From positions 1,007 to 65,006 of the forward strand of contig JAPYUM010000014.1 of assembly GCA_029940535.1 (NCBI GenBank): a stretch of DNA of 64,000 nt, read 5' to 3'. Below, one piece after another: positions 1 to 8,685 of this stretch (within the stretch, counting starts at the first letter, position 1; each line of letters opens with the position of its first letter). Origin of the DNA: Vicinamibacterales bacterium (GTDB lineage: Bacteria; Acidobacteriota; Vicinamibacteria; Vicinamibacterales; UBA8438). Made by a program: the position numbers and the translations under genes. The notes below the pieces were generated by a model. It searched no databases. It was given only the letters and a program-made list of their open reading frames with translations, and was not told where the DNA came from.

Positions 1-1
1 G

Positions 2-304
2 GTGCCCCCGTCGACGTTGTGGTTTCCATCGCGTAGCCGGGTCTGGCGCAATGTCGAAGCGGCGAAGGAGTTGGCCGGCGACAGAGCGTTCGGGGTGATT
101 CTGGCGGTCGACGAGGAATCCGACGGCGTCGCCGCGCTGGCCCACGCGGCGCAGACGCTGGCCGGTAGCTACCCCCACCTCGACGGCGCGCCACGCACCG
201 AACTGGCCCGCCACTTGCTCGGGTTCGTCACGTGGTCGGAGGTCGTGGCGACATTCGGCCTGCCGCCTGAATGCCTGGTCGAGAGACCCTCACCCGCCGC
301 GTGA
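2..304 (+). CDS. 3' end of an unidentified protein-coding gene (partial, runs off the window start)
   Basis: Open frame from the window edge to TGA at 302-304, with GC-rich third codon positions like neighbouring genes. No recognisable motif. Confidence 0.35.
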   Translation: MPPSTLWFPSRSRVWRNVEAAKELAGDRAFGVILAVDEESDGVAALAHAAQTLAGSYPHLDGAPRTELARHLLGFVTWSEVVATFGLPPECLVERPSPAA

Positions 305-346
305 GTTCACAGCCCCGGCCGGTATCACCGACAAGCGGACGACGGG

Positions 347-1720
347 TTAGGGTGCGCCCGCCTGGAACTCGGCTCTGAGCGTGTCTCGATCGACCTTCAG
401 GCCCTGCAGATAGACATCGGAGATACGTCTGGTGTTGTTGATGTCGGCCAGCGGGTCGGCGTCGAGCACCACGAACGAGGCGCTGCGTCCCGCCGCGACC
501 ATCCCGAGGTCGTCGAGTCCGATCAACTCGGCGTTGACCCGAGTCGCCGCGACTAGCGCCTCCATCGGGCTGAGGCCGCAGGAGACCATGTCACGCAGCT
601 CGGTGTGGGTAGTCCACGCGACGCTCGTGCCTGAATCGGTCCCCATGCCGATGATCATGCCGGCTTCGCGATTCCGCGCGAGGTTGCGGCACTGGAGGTC
701 GAAGAGTGCGCCGGGCCCCTCGGCGGCCAGTCTCTCAGCTTGCTGTCGCAACGCGTGGACCTCGAACGGCGGCAACGTTTCGCTCAGCCAGGCGAGGTCG
801 GTCGCCGTGACCGGCGATCCCGGCAGGTTGGGGATGGTCCAGACGGCCGGGCGCGCTCGGACGAGCGCCAGATACTCGTCGTCGACATCGCGGTCGCGTA
901 CCGTATGGGCGAAACCGTCGATGCCGGCTTGGAGCAGGTCCTTGGCATCTTCGAGGGCACTGGTCGTTCCCACGTGGGCCACCACCCGTAAGCCGAGCGT
1001 GTGCGCCTCGTCGATGATCGCGCGGTACACATCCGGCCCCAGTTTCGGCACCGCCCCACCCCGGTCGTCGACCCAGATCTTGACGAGGTTCACGCCATGT
1101 GACCGCAGCTCCTGGACCGCCGCCCGCCCGTCGGCTGGACTGCCGGCTCCTCGGGGGATCCCGAGGCGATACGCTTGCTGCGGCCCCGCCATCGGCGTGG
1201 CGGCGATCCCGCGACCAGAGGTGAGCAACCTCGCTGTCCGTGGCCTCGGCTCGTCTCGCAGTGCGAACGCCAGCCCCTCGTCGGCCTCGAGTCCCAGGCT
1301 CATCGTGGCGGCGATCCCGTGATAGGCGAACCGATCGAGGTGTTCGATCAGATTGGCCCGTGTGTACTGTTCCTGACCGGTCGCGCCACTTCTTACGTTG
1401 GTCAGGCCAATATGTTGATGGGCGTCGATCAGCGCCGGGATGACGGTCTTGCCGCGCAAGTCCACGCGGTCTGCGTCCTCCGGCGCCGTCCGGGCGCCTT
1501 CCTGGCCCACCCAGCTAAACAGACCGTCTTCCACCAGGAAGGCGGCTCGTACGATCGGCTCGCCGCCCGTGCCATCGATCAGGGTGGCGCCCTCGAACCA
1601 GGTGGCGGTCGTGGTGACCTGGGACGGCGCCGGCGCGGGTGCGCAGGCCAGCGTCACGAGGAGTAGACCGGATAGCAGCGGCCGAAGCGATGACCGGTGC
1701 CGCCTGATGTGTAGTGTCAT
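347..1720 (-). CDS. Exported amidohydrolase-family metallohydrolase
   Basis: 457 aa. Hydrophobic N-terminal signal-like segment (LLSGLLLVTLACAPAPA). Metal-binding HxH motif IDAHQHIGL, later VAHVGT, GFAHTV and GTDSG, typical of the amidohydrolase superfamily. Confidence 0.85.
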   Translation of the reverse strand: MTLHIRRHRSSLRPLLSGLLLVTLACAPAPAPSQVTTTATWFEGATLIDGTGGEPIVRAAFLVEDGLFSWVGQEGARTAPEDADRVDLRGKTVIPALIDAHQHIGLTNVRSGATGQEQYTRANLIEHLDRFAYHGIAATMSLGLEADEGLAFALRDEPRPRTARLLTSGRGIAATPMAGPQQAYRLGIPRGAGSPADGRAAVQELRSHGVNLVKIWVDDRGGAVPKLGPDVYRAIIDEAHTLGLRVVAHVGTTSALEDAKDLLQAGIDGFAHTVRDRDVDDEYLALVRARPAVWTIPNLPGSPVTATDLAWLSETLPPFEVHALRQQAERLAAEGPGALFDLQCRNLARNREAGMIIGMGTDSGTSVAWTTHTELRDMVSCGLSPMEALVAATRVNAELIGLDDLGMVAAGRSASFVVLDADPLADINNTRRISDVYLQGLKVDRDTLRAEFQAGAP

Positions 1721-1897
1721 GGGGAGTCAGTCTCTGTTCGTGAGGCGAACTCGGGCGCTGGCTGAGACCGAGGCACCCGCGAATTCAACCACGAAGCTGG
1801 GGCCGTCGCAAACCCGGGCCCGGACGCGGTTGGCGCCGACGACCGACTGTGCAAGACTGCTCGCATTCGGGCACACGCTGTAGGTCGAGGACGAGAC

Positions 1898-3862
1898 ATG
1901 AGATACGGGCTGGATTGCGGTGGCGGGTCGCTGCTGGTCGTGCTGGCGCTGGCGGGCGGCGCCACAGTGGCGTCGGCCCAGTCGGGCGCGGCCGATGGTC
2001 AATGGCCGACCTATGGCGGAGATCTTGGCAGCACGCGATACGCGGCGCTCGACCAGATTGACGGCGGCAACTTCGACGACCTCGAGGTGGCGTGGCGGTT
2101 CAGCGCCGTCAACTTCGGGGCGTTCCCGGACTTCAACTATCAGACCACGCCGCTCATGGTCGATGGCGTCCTCTACGCGACCGCGGGGAGCCGCCGGGAT
2201 GTGGTGGCCCTGGATGGGGCGACCGGCGAGCTGCTGTGGCTCTACCGCATCGATGAGGGAGAGCGGGCCGGCAATGCGATTCGTCGGATGTCTGGCCGCG
2301 GCGTCGGCTATTGGACCGACGGCGAAGGTGACTCACGTATCTACGTCGTGACCATCGGCTATCAGCTCGTTGCGCTGGACGCCGAGACGGGTCGGCCGGT
2401 GCCGACGTTCGGGGTCGACGGCATCGTCGACCTCAAGCTGTACAACGACCAGGCCATCGACCCGCTGTCGGGTGAGATCGGGTGGAACGGGGCCCCGACC
2501 GTCGCCCGCGATGTCGTCATCGTCGGCGCTGCGCATCGCGCGGGCAGTGCCCCGCCAAGCCGGGAGAACGTGAAGGGCTACATTCGCGGTTTCGACGTCC
2601 GCACCGGTGAACGACGCTGGATCTTTCACACGATCCCGACCGCGGGCGAATACGGGCGTGACACCTGGTTGAGCGACTCAGCCGTCTACACCGGCAACAC
2701 CGGGGTTTGGACCAACATGACGGTGGACGCCGAACTCGGTCTGGCCTACCTCCCCGTCGAGATCCCAACTGGCGACTACTATGGGGGGCATCGGCCCGGC
2801 GACAATCTGTTCGGTGAGAGTCTGGTGGCCGTCGACATCGAGACGGGCGAGCGCCGCTGGCACTTCCAGTTCGTGCACCACCCCATCTGGGACTACGACG
2901 TCCCCTGTCCGCCGATCCTGGTCGACATCACGGTCGACGGTCGACAGATTCAGGCGGTGGCGCAACCGACCAAACAAGGCTGGGTGTATGTCTTCGACCG
3001 GCTCACCGGCGAGCCGGTGTGGCCCATCGAGGAGCGACCGGTGCCCGCGGGCACCGTGCCGGGTGAATGGTATGCGCCGACGCAGCCATTCCCGACCAAG
3101 CCGCCGCCCTTCGAGCGGCAGGGCTTCCCGATCGACGAGCTGATTGACTTCACGCCGGAGTTGAAGGCTGAGGCGCTCGAATTCGTGTCGCAGTATCGGA
3201 CCGGACCGGTCTTCACCCCGCCGATCGCGGCCGGCGACGGCGGGCTGTTGGGGACGCTGTTCGTGCCGAACGGAGCCAACTGGCCGGGCGGGTCGTATGA
3301 CCCCGAGTCCGGCATCATGTATGTCTACTCACACACCCTGACCCGTTCGGTCGGCCTTGTTCAGCCAGACGCCGAGCGATCAGACATGGAGTATGTGAAC
3401 GGTCGGGGTCGGCCCCTGACGGTGCGCGGGCTTCCGTTGCTACGGCCGCCCTGGGGGCGAATCACGGCCATCGACCTCAACGTCGGGGAAATCGTGTGGC
3501 AGGTCGCCCACGGTGAGACCCCGGATCGCGTGCGCAACCATCCCTCGCTCCGTGGACTCGACATTCCGCGCACCGGCCGCACGGGCGGGGCCGGTGGCAG
3601 CTCCGGTGGCATCGGTACCCTGACGACCCGAACGTTGGTCATCAGCGGCGAGGGCGGCACCATCACCATGCCGTCGGGCGAACGGGGTGCCATGGTGCGC
3701 GCCTACGACAAGGCGACAGGCGACGAACTGGGGGCGGTGCCGATCCCCGCCGCGCAGACCGGGTCGCCGATGACCTATATGCTCGACGGTCGCCAGTATC
3801 TCGTGCTGGCCGTCGGTGCCGGCACCCACCCGGGCGAACTCATCGCCTTTGCGTTGCCGTGA
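1898..3862 (+). CDS. PQQ-dependent dehydrogenase, soluble glucose/quinate/shikimate-like type (PQQ-A)
   Basis: 654 aa. Signal peptide ending VASAQ. N-terminal signature WPTYGGDLGSTRYAALDQIDGGNFDDLEVAWRF. Propeller motifs GERRWHFQFVHHPIWDYD and PTQPFPTKPPPF shared with PQQ-B, C and D. Confidence 0.9.
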   Translation: MRYGLDCGGGSLLVVLALAGGATVASAQSGAADGQWPTYGGDLGSTRYAALDQIDGGNFDDLEVAWRFSAVNFGAFPDFNYQTTPLMVDGVLYATAGSRRDVVALDGATGELLWLYRIDEGERAGNAIRRMSGRGVGYWTDGEGDSRIYVVTIGYQLVALDAETGRPVPTFGVDGIVDLKLYNDQAIDPLSGEIGWNGAPTVARDVVIVGAAHRAGSAPPSRENVKGYIRGFDVRTGERRWIFHTIPTAGEYGRDTWLSDSAVYTGNTGVWTNMTVDAELGLAYLPVEIPTGDYYGGHRPGDNLFGESLVAVDIETGERRWHFQFVHHPIWDYDVPCPPILVDITVDGRQIQAVAQPTKQGWVYVFDRLTGEPVWPIEERPVPAGTVPGEWYAPTQPFPTKPPPFERQGFPIDELIDFTPELKAEALEFVSQYRTGPVFTPPIAAGDGGLLGTLFVPNGANWPGGSYDPESGIMYVYSHTLTRSVGLVQPDAERSDMEYVNGRGRPLTVRGLPLLRPPWGRITAIDLNVGEIVWQVAHGETPDRVRNHPSLRGLDIPRTGRTGGAGGSSGGIGTLTTRTLVISGEGGTITMPSGERGAMVRAYDKATGDELGAVPIPAAQTGSPMTYMLDGRQYLVLAVGAGTHPGELIAFALP

Positions 3863-3874
3863 CGCCGAGTGTCC

Positions 3875-4675
3875 CTACTCGAGGTCGGCGAACGACACCC
3901 CGCGAGCTTCGAACGCCTCGGACGCCAGTCGCCCCGCGTTGACCGCCTTCGGCCAGCCGGCATAGAAGGTGACGTGCAGGATCACCTCTGACAGCTCCTG
4001 CGGCGTCACGCCGTTTTCGTCGAGCGCCCGCCCGATGTGGGTGCGTAGTTCGCTCGTGGCATAGAGCGCCTGGGTCACCGCCACCGTGATCAGGCTCCGG
4101 TCACGCTTGGACAGCTGGGGCCGCTCCCAGATATCGCCATAGAGCAGGCTGTTCCGCAGTTCCCCCAACCGTGGCACCGCCGCATAGGCACCGCTTGCCG
4201 TGGCGGGCGTGTCGGGCCGGTCGGCGGCGGCCGGTGCCCGGGCCAGCGGGCCGAGCGACAGGCCGCGCTCTGCGAAGACCTCGGCCGCGGTCAGCGAGGC
4301 CTGGACCCCGGTTGGCCAGCCGGCGTAGAAGGTGACGTGGAGGATGATTTCGGAGATTTCCTCAGGCGTGAGTCCGTTGTCGAGTCCCCGCGGCACGTGA
4401 AGCTCGAGTTCGTCGCGGACCAGGGCCTGAAGCACCGCGACCGTAATGAGACTCCGGTCGCGCTTCGAGAGTTGTGGTCGCTCCCAGATCTCGCCGTAGA
4501 CCAGACTGTTGCGCAGTTCGCCGAGATACGGCGACCCCGCATACAGATCGCTGATCGCCGGTGACGCAGGGCCTTGGCTGACTTCGGCCGCGTCTGTCGC
4601 GTCGTTCCCGGCGCACCCGGCGCCGGCGGTCAGTGTCATGAGTACGCACGCAGCCATTCCACGATTGATCATCAT
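3875..4675 (-). CDS. Exported protein with two tandem carboxymuconolactone decarboxylase (CMD/AhpD-like) domains
   Basis: 266 aa. N-terminal signal with a Cys (LTAGAGCAG, possible lipoprotein). Two near-identical halves each contain LGELRNSL.YG.IWERPQLSKRDRSLITVAV and ILHVTFYAGWP. Confidence 0.85.
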   Translation of the reverse strand: MMINRGMAACVLMTLTAGAGCAGNDATDAAEVSQGPASPAISDLYAGSPYLGELRNSLVYGEIWERPQLSKRDRSLITVAVLQALVRDELELHVPRGLDNGLTPEEISEIILHVTFYAGWPTGVQASLTAAEVFAERGLSLGPLARAPAAADRPDTPATASGAYAAVPRLGELRNSLLYGDIWERPQLSKRDRSLITVAVTQALYATSELRTHIGRALDENGVTPQELSEVILHVTFYAGWPKAVNAGRLASEAFEARGVSFADLE

Positions 4676-4699
4676 CGTTACTCCTCGTGCTGATGAGGG

Positions 4700-5278
4700 T
4701 TAGCGGTTCCAGCCGACCAGCTTCACAACGCTTCGCCCGAGGCCCTGAACGGACGTTTGCCGCTTGGCATCCAGGAGGTTGCCGTGGTCATCGAACACGG
4801 AGTGGGCCTGGGTGACGGCGACTTGGTCGGGTATGACGAGCACACCAATATTCGACAGAATGGATCGTAAGTGAACCAGGCCGCGTAGTCCGCCCAAGCC
4901 CCCAGGTGAGGCGCTCATCACGGCGGCTACCTTGTCGCGGTACACCGCGAGCATCGGCTCGCCGTCAGCGGGCCTCGACACCCAGTCGATGGTGTTCTTG
5001 AGCAGTGGTGAGATCGAGCTGTTGTATTCAGGTGAGGCAATCAACAACCCCTCGTGAGCCAGCATGATGCCTTTGAGCCGGGTGGCCTGCTCCGGAGGGC
5101 CCTCGGCCGCCTCGAGATCCTGGTTGAAGATCGGCATGGGAAAGTCTTTCAGGTTCAGGACCGTGACCTCCGCCCCGGCCTCCCTGGCTCCCTCCGCCGC
5201 GATGTTCACGAGTTTCACATTGAACGAGTCTGTGCGGGCACTGCCCGCGAAGGCGAGGACGCGTGGTTGATCGCTCAT
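4700..5278 (-). CDS. NAD(P)H-dependent FMN reductase family oxidoreductase
   Basis: 192 aa, no signal peptide. N-terminal VLAFAGSARTDSFNVKL (the GSxRxxSxN flavodoxin-like reductase motif) and SPEYNSSISPLLKN. Confidence 0.85.
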   Translation of the reverse strand: MSDQPRVLAFAGSARTDSFNVKLVNIAAEGAREAGAEVTVLNLKDFPMPIFNQDLEAAEGPPEQATRLKGIMLAHEGLLIASPEYNSSISPLLKNTIDWVSRPADGEPMLAVYRDKVAAVMSASPGGLGGLRGLVHLRSILSNIGVLVIPDQVAVTQAHSVFDDHGNLLDAKRQTSVQGLGRSVVKLVGWNR

Positions 5279-5310
5279 GGCGTTAGATTACTTTCATCGA
5301 GAGGGTGCCG

Positions 5311-5325
5311 AAGGCCTGCGCCACA
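5311..5325. repeat. Half-copy of the REP-like element (AAGGCCTGCGCCACA arm)
   Basis: Intergenic 5279-5345. AAGGCCTGCGCCACA followed by GGGCCTC matches the right arm and flank of the 8574-8625 element. Confidence 0.4.
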
Positions 5326-5345
5326 CGGGCCTCGCCCGGAAACCC

Positions 5346-6371
5346 CTAGAAGGTGGCAATGGGATTGATGGGGGATCCGGTGCCACGGGTCGGCAGAGGG
5401 GCAGCGGTCAGGAGGAACTCCCACCGGTTCAGGGTGGCGGCCACGTCACCCAGTGCCTCGAGGTCGAGGTTGTCGAACAGGGGCATCCCCAGATAGATCA
5501 GAGCGAATCGGTGCAGCGGTCGCGGACCAAGGTCGTCCGCGACGGTCACGGCTGGGTCGATGCCGGCCGGGGCGACGTCTTGAGGCGCTTCGCCGCCCAG
5601 CAGAGCGATGTCGCGCTGTTTGAGCCATGGAATGACTGACGCATGCAGGCCGGCCGCATCGTTGGCGATATCCCACGGCCCAACCTCCGCCCGGCGAGCC
5701 CATCGGCCAGTGCGGATCACGACCGCGTCACCGGAGGAGACCCGCAGGCCGGTCTCAGCCTCCCACGCCTCCAGGTCTTCGATATAGATCGGCGTCCCCG
5801 GGTCGAGATACGGCACGTTCTTGAACCGGGCCATGTCGATGAGCAGCCCACGCGTCACGATGCCGTGCTTCGCGTTGTGCACGGTGTTCCTGGCGTGCCC
5901 ACCCTCGGCCGCGACCACGGTCGGGTCTGGCGTGTAGCCGTTGTAGGTCACGCCCTCCCCGATGAAGTTGTGATTGAGAAAATCGAGGTGCGTGTGCATG
6001 AAGCCGTGGTACGCGATACGAATCTCGTCTGCGGTGATGCCGAGGGGGGTCACCTGATAGGGACGCGGATTGTCGACCGCCGCTTCCGTCTCGGCGTCAC
6101 GCGCGAGTGAGACCGAAATGCCGTCCTGCACGAGCGCGGTAGCCTGCCTTCGCTTGTCCGGAGTAATCAGGTTGAGGGTGCCGATCTCGTCGTCCGGACC
6201 CCACCGGCCCCAGTTCGTCAGTTCCTGCTTCCACCGCTCAACGTCAGCCTTGGTCACCGCCGGCCTCTCGCCGACGGGCCGCTGCGCCGGCTGGACCCCC
6301 GAGGCGCCCACGGTGGCGAGCGCAACGCCGATCGCGACGAGACCTAACGGCCGCAGCGGTATTCTTGGCAT
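5346..6371 (-). CDS. Exported cyclase-family protein (kynurenine-formamidase-like hydrolase fold)
   Basis: 341 aa. Signal peptide (LVAIGVALATVGASG). HGFMHTHLDFLNH resembles the cyclase-family HxGTHxDxxxH metal motif. Confidence 0.75.
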   Translation of the reverse strand: MPRIPLRPLGLVAIGVALATVGASGVQPAQRPVGERPAVTKADVERWKQELTNWGRWGPDDEIGTLNLITPDKRRQATALVQDGISVSLARDAETEAAVDNPRPYQVTPLGITADEIRIAYHGFMHTHLDFLNHNFIGEGVTYNGYTPDPTVVAAEGGHARNTVHNAKHGIVTRGLLIDMARFKNVPYLDPGTPIYIEDLEAWEAETGLRVSSGDAVVIRTGRWARRAEVGPWDIANDAAGLHASVIPWLKQRDIALLGGEAPQDVAPAGIDPAVTVADDLGPRPLHRFALIYLGMPLFDNLDLEALGDVAATLNRWEFLLTAAPLPTRGTGSPINPIATF

Positions 6372-6383
6372 CGGTCGTTCTCC

Positions 6384-8360
6384 CTACGGTAGCCGCAGCG
6401 CGATCAGTTCTGGCACTTCGCCACCAACGGTCAGCGCAATGTACTGGACGCCGTCGTGCAGATACGTCATCGGGGTGCCGATGGCGCCGCCCGGGAGATC
6501 CAGCGACCCGACGATCTCGCCGCTGGCCTTGTCGCGCGCAATCAGTCTGGGGCCCCCGGTCGATCCGCCGGCCGACAACGCACTGACGAGCAAGGTCTTG
6601 GTCAGCAACGGGCCGCCGTGTCCTTCGCCACCCAGGGGCGGCAGATCGAGGTCGCGCAGTTGCGGGTGCCGACGGAACCGGTCGCCGTCGCCGTTCGGTC
6701 GCATCCAGGCATGGTCACCTTCGTTGAGATCAATGGCCGTCATCCGCGAATAGGGCGGCTTGAGCAGCGGCAGACCCTGGGGGAGCGCGGGCTGCTTGCC
6801 GCTGCCGAATTCGGCCTGGGTGAACCGCAGGTTCCCACCCGCCCCTGGGTCCGGCGTGTAGTACTTCAGCACCGACAGCCGGTTTTCCGAGGGTACATAC
6901 AGAAGGCCCGTCTCCGGGTCGAAGGCCGCGCCGCTCCAACTCGCTGAGCCACCGATTTGTGGTCGTTGAATGGTGCCTTGCAGCCCGCCGTCTCGGCTTT
7001 GCATCGGCGGCGTAAACAGGGGGCCGAGCCGGAAGTCCCGCACCGCCTCGATCGCCATCGCCCGGATCTCGGGGGTGAAGTCGGCCAGATCATCGATGGT
7101 GACGCCCTGATAGTCGAACGGTGGTGGTTTGGTCGGGAATGGTTGGGTCGGCGACAGCACGTCGCCGTCCAGATCGGTGTCGGTCTCCACCGGACGCTCT
7201 TCGATCGGCCAGACCGGTTCGCCGGTGACGCGATCGAAGACGTAGGTGAACGCCTGCTTGCTGACCTGGGCCAGCGCTTTGATACGACGCCCGTCAACGG
7301 TGATGTCGACCAGATTCGGCGCCGCGGGGAAGTCGTAGTCCCATACCCCATGATGCACCGCCTGGAAGTGCCACATGCGCTGGCCGGTCTCAATGTCGAG
7401 CGCGACGATGCTCTCGGCGAACAGGTTGTCGCCCAGGCGGTGCCCCCCGTAGTAGTCGCTGGTGGGCGTGCCGGTGGGGAGGTAGAGATATCCGGTTTCT
7501 TCATCGGCACTCATTGGCGGCCACACGTTGACGTTGCCCGAATAGCGCCACGACTCGTTCTCCCAGGTGTCGGCGCCGAAGTCGTCAGCTTGGGGTACGG
7601 TCCGGAACATCCACTTGGTGTCGCCGGTGCGTGCGTCGATCCCTTTCAACCAGCCGGGCGGCGCCTCCTTCTTGACGACAAAGTCCGAAATAATGGTTGG
7701 GGCGACGACCACGTCGCGGAGAACGACTGGCGGCGACTTGACCCCGAGCAGGTTGCGTCCCTGGTAATTCATGTCTCCGCGGGTGGCTCGAGGAATGCCC
7801 TCGGTGAGATCGACTCGGCCATTGGTGCCGAACGTGGGGGGCGGCTGCCCGGTCTTGGCGTCGACGGCTTGCAGGTAGCCCTCGCTGGTGCCCCAGAAGA
7901 TGCGCTCGTCCTGTCCGTCGGTCCAATAGGCCACACCCCGCGACCCGTAACCGTGGGTCGGCTCTCCGCCCTCATAGACCCGGGGGTCGTAGATCCAGAC
8001 GGTCTCGCCGGTGCCGGCGTCGACGGCGGCCGCCTGATACATCGCGGTCGACAGATACAGGGTGCCGCCGACCATGAGCGGCGTGGCCTGGATGCCGTTG
8101 ATGGACACCCCGGAACGTTGTTCGCGGAGAGCGTCGAGGTCGAGCGCCCCGTCGGCGGACTGCCAGCGCCAGGCGACCTGCAGGTCGCCGAAGTTCGTTG
8201 CATCGATCTGGTCGAGCGGCGAGTATTTCGTGCTGCCCTGGTCGCCCGCGTAGGTCCGCCACTCGCCGTCGGTGGCGCCATACTGGCCCACGGCAATCGA
8301 CGGTGCCAGCGTCAGCGCGCACCACGCTACGCCTGCGAGAAACGGCGTCGAGTTCGTCAT
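6384..8360 (-). CDS. PQQ-dependent dehydrogenase, soluble glucose/quinate/shikimate-like type (PQQ-B)
   Basis: 658 aa, with signal peptide. EWRTYAGDQGSTKYSPLDQIDATNFGDLQVAWRW, plus GQRMWHFQAVHHGVWDYDFP and PTQPFPTKPPPF. Ends ALRLP like its paralogs. Confidence 0.9.
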   Translation of the reverse strand: MTNSTPFLAGVAWCALTLAPSIAVGQYGATDGEWRTYAGDQGSTKYSPLDQIDATNFGDLQVAWRWQSADGALDLDALREQRSGVSINGIQATPLMVGGTLYLSTAMYQAAAVDAGTGETVWIYDPRVYEGGEPTHGYGSRGVAYWTDGQDERIFWGTSEGYLQAVDAKTGQPPPTFGTNGRVDLTEGIPRATRGDMNYQGRNLLGVKSPPVVLRDVVVAPTIISDFVVKKEAPPGWLKGIDARTGDTKWMFRTVPQADDFGADTWENESWRYSGNVNVWPPMSADEETGYLYLPTGTPTSDYYGGHRLGDNLFAESIVALDIETGQRMWHFQAVHHGVWDYDFPAAPNLVDITVDGRRIKALAQVSKQAFTYVFDRVTGEPVWPIEERPVETDTDLDGDVLSPTQPFPTKPPPFDYQGVTIDDLADFTPEIRAMAIEAVRDFRLGPLFTPPMQSRDGGLQGTIQRPQIGGSASWSGAAFDPETGLLYVPSENRLSVLKYYTPDPGAGGNLRFTQAEFGSGKQPALPQGLPLLKPPYSRMTAIDLNEGDHAWMRPNGDGDRFRRHPQLRDLDLPPLGGEGHGGPLLTKTLLVSALSAGGSTGGPRLIARDKASGEIVGSLDLPGGAIGTPMTYLHDGVQYIALTVGGEVPELIALRLP

Positions 8361-8460
8361 GATGTTCTCCTTGCCCGCCGCGGCAGTCGCGGCTCACGGC
8401 CTGCCAGCGTGTGTGATTCGATTATAGGGCCGTGCGCGCTCCGGGGCTGACATCCGCTGG

Positions 8461-8466
8461 TAGAAT
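8461..8466 (+). promoter_or_regulatory. Candidate extended -10 box (TGGTAGAAT) upstream of PQQ-C
   Basis: TAGAAT preceded by TGG, in a divergent intergenic region. The same GGTAGAATC core recurs at 21602-21610 upstream of PQQ-E. No convincing -35 element. Confidence 0.25.
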
Positions 8467-8573
8467 CGCGCAGGTGAACGACAGCGTCGGCACGGCCTCA
8501 ACGAGAGTGGCAGTCCAGTGCGCATGTCGAATGCAGCGGGGTTGTGACAACCGGCTTCTGATAAGCCGTATGT

Positions 8574-8625
8574 TGTGGCGCACGGCTTTAGCCGTGCGAT
8601 CGCAGGCCTAAAGGCCTGCGCCACA
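8574..8625. repeat. 52-bp REP-like palindromic element, full copy 1
   Basis: TGTGGCGCA-[CGGC TTTA GCCG]-TGCGATCG-CA-[GGCC TAAA GGCC]-TGCGCCACA. Outer 9-bp inverted repeat enclosing two mini-hairpins. The same architecture occurs at 57493-57544. Confidence 0.6.
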
Positions 8626-8646
8626 GGGCCTCACCTGTTTCTGCCG

Positions 8647-8665
8647 GTCACACCTCGCGTGTGAC
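8647..8665. promoter_or_regulatory. Perfect 7-bp inverted repeat GTCACAC-N5-GTGTGAC just upstream of the PQQ-C ribosome-binding site
   Basis: Palindrome read directly from the sequence, 21 nt before the ATG at 8686 and adjacent to the AAGGAAG Shine-Dalgarno-like sequence. Could be an operator or a 5'-UTR hairpin. Confidence 0.3.
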
Positions 8666-8685
8666 AGGCTGGCGAAGGAAGAGCG

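Noticed and set aside
8361-8685. Possible PqqA-like precursor peptide between the two divergent PQQ genes
   Set aside because: The small ORFs I translated here (e.g. MQRGCDNRLLISRMLWRTALAVRSQA) lack the conserved Glu-x-x-x-Tyr PqqA motif and overlap the repeat.
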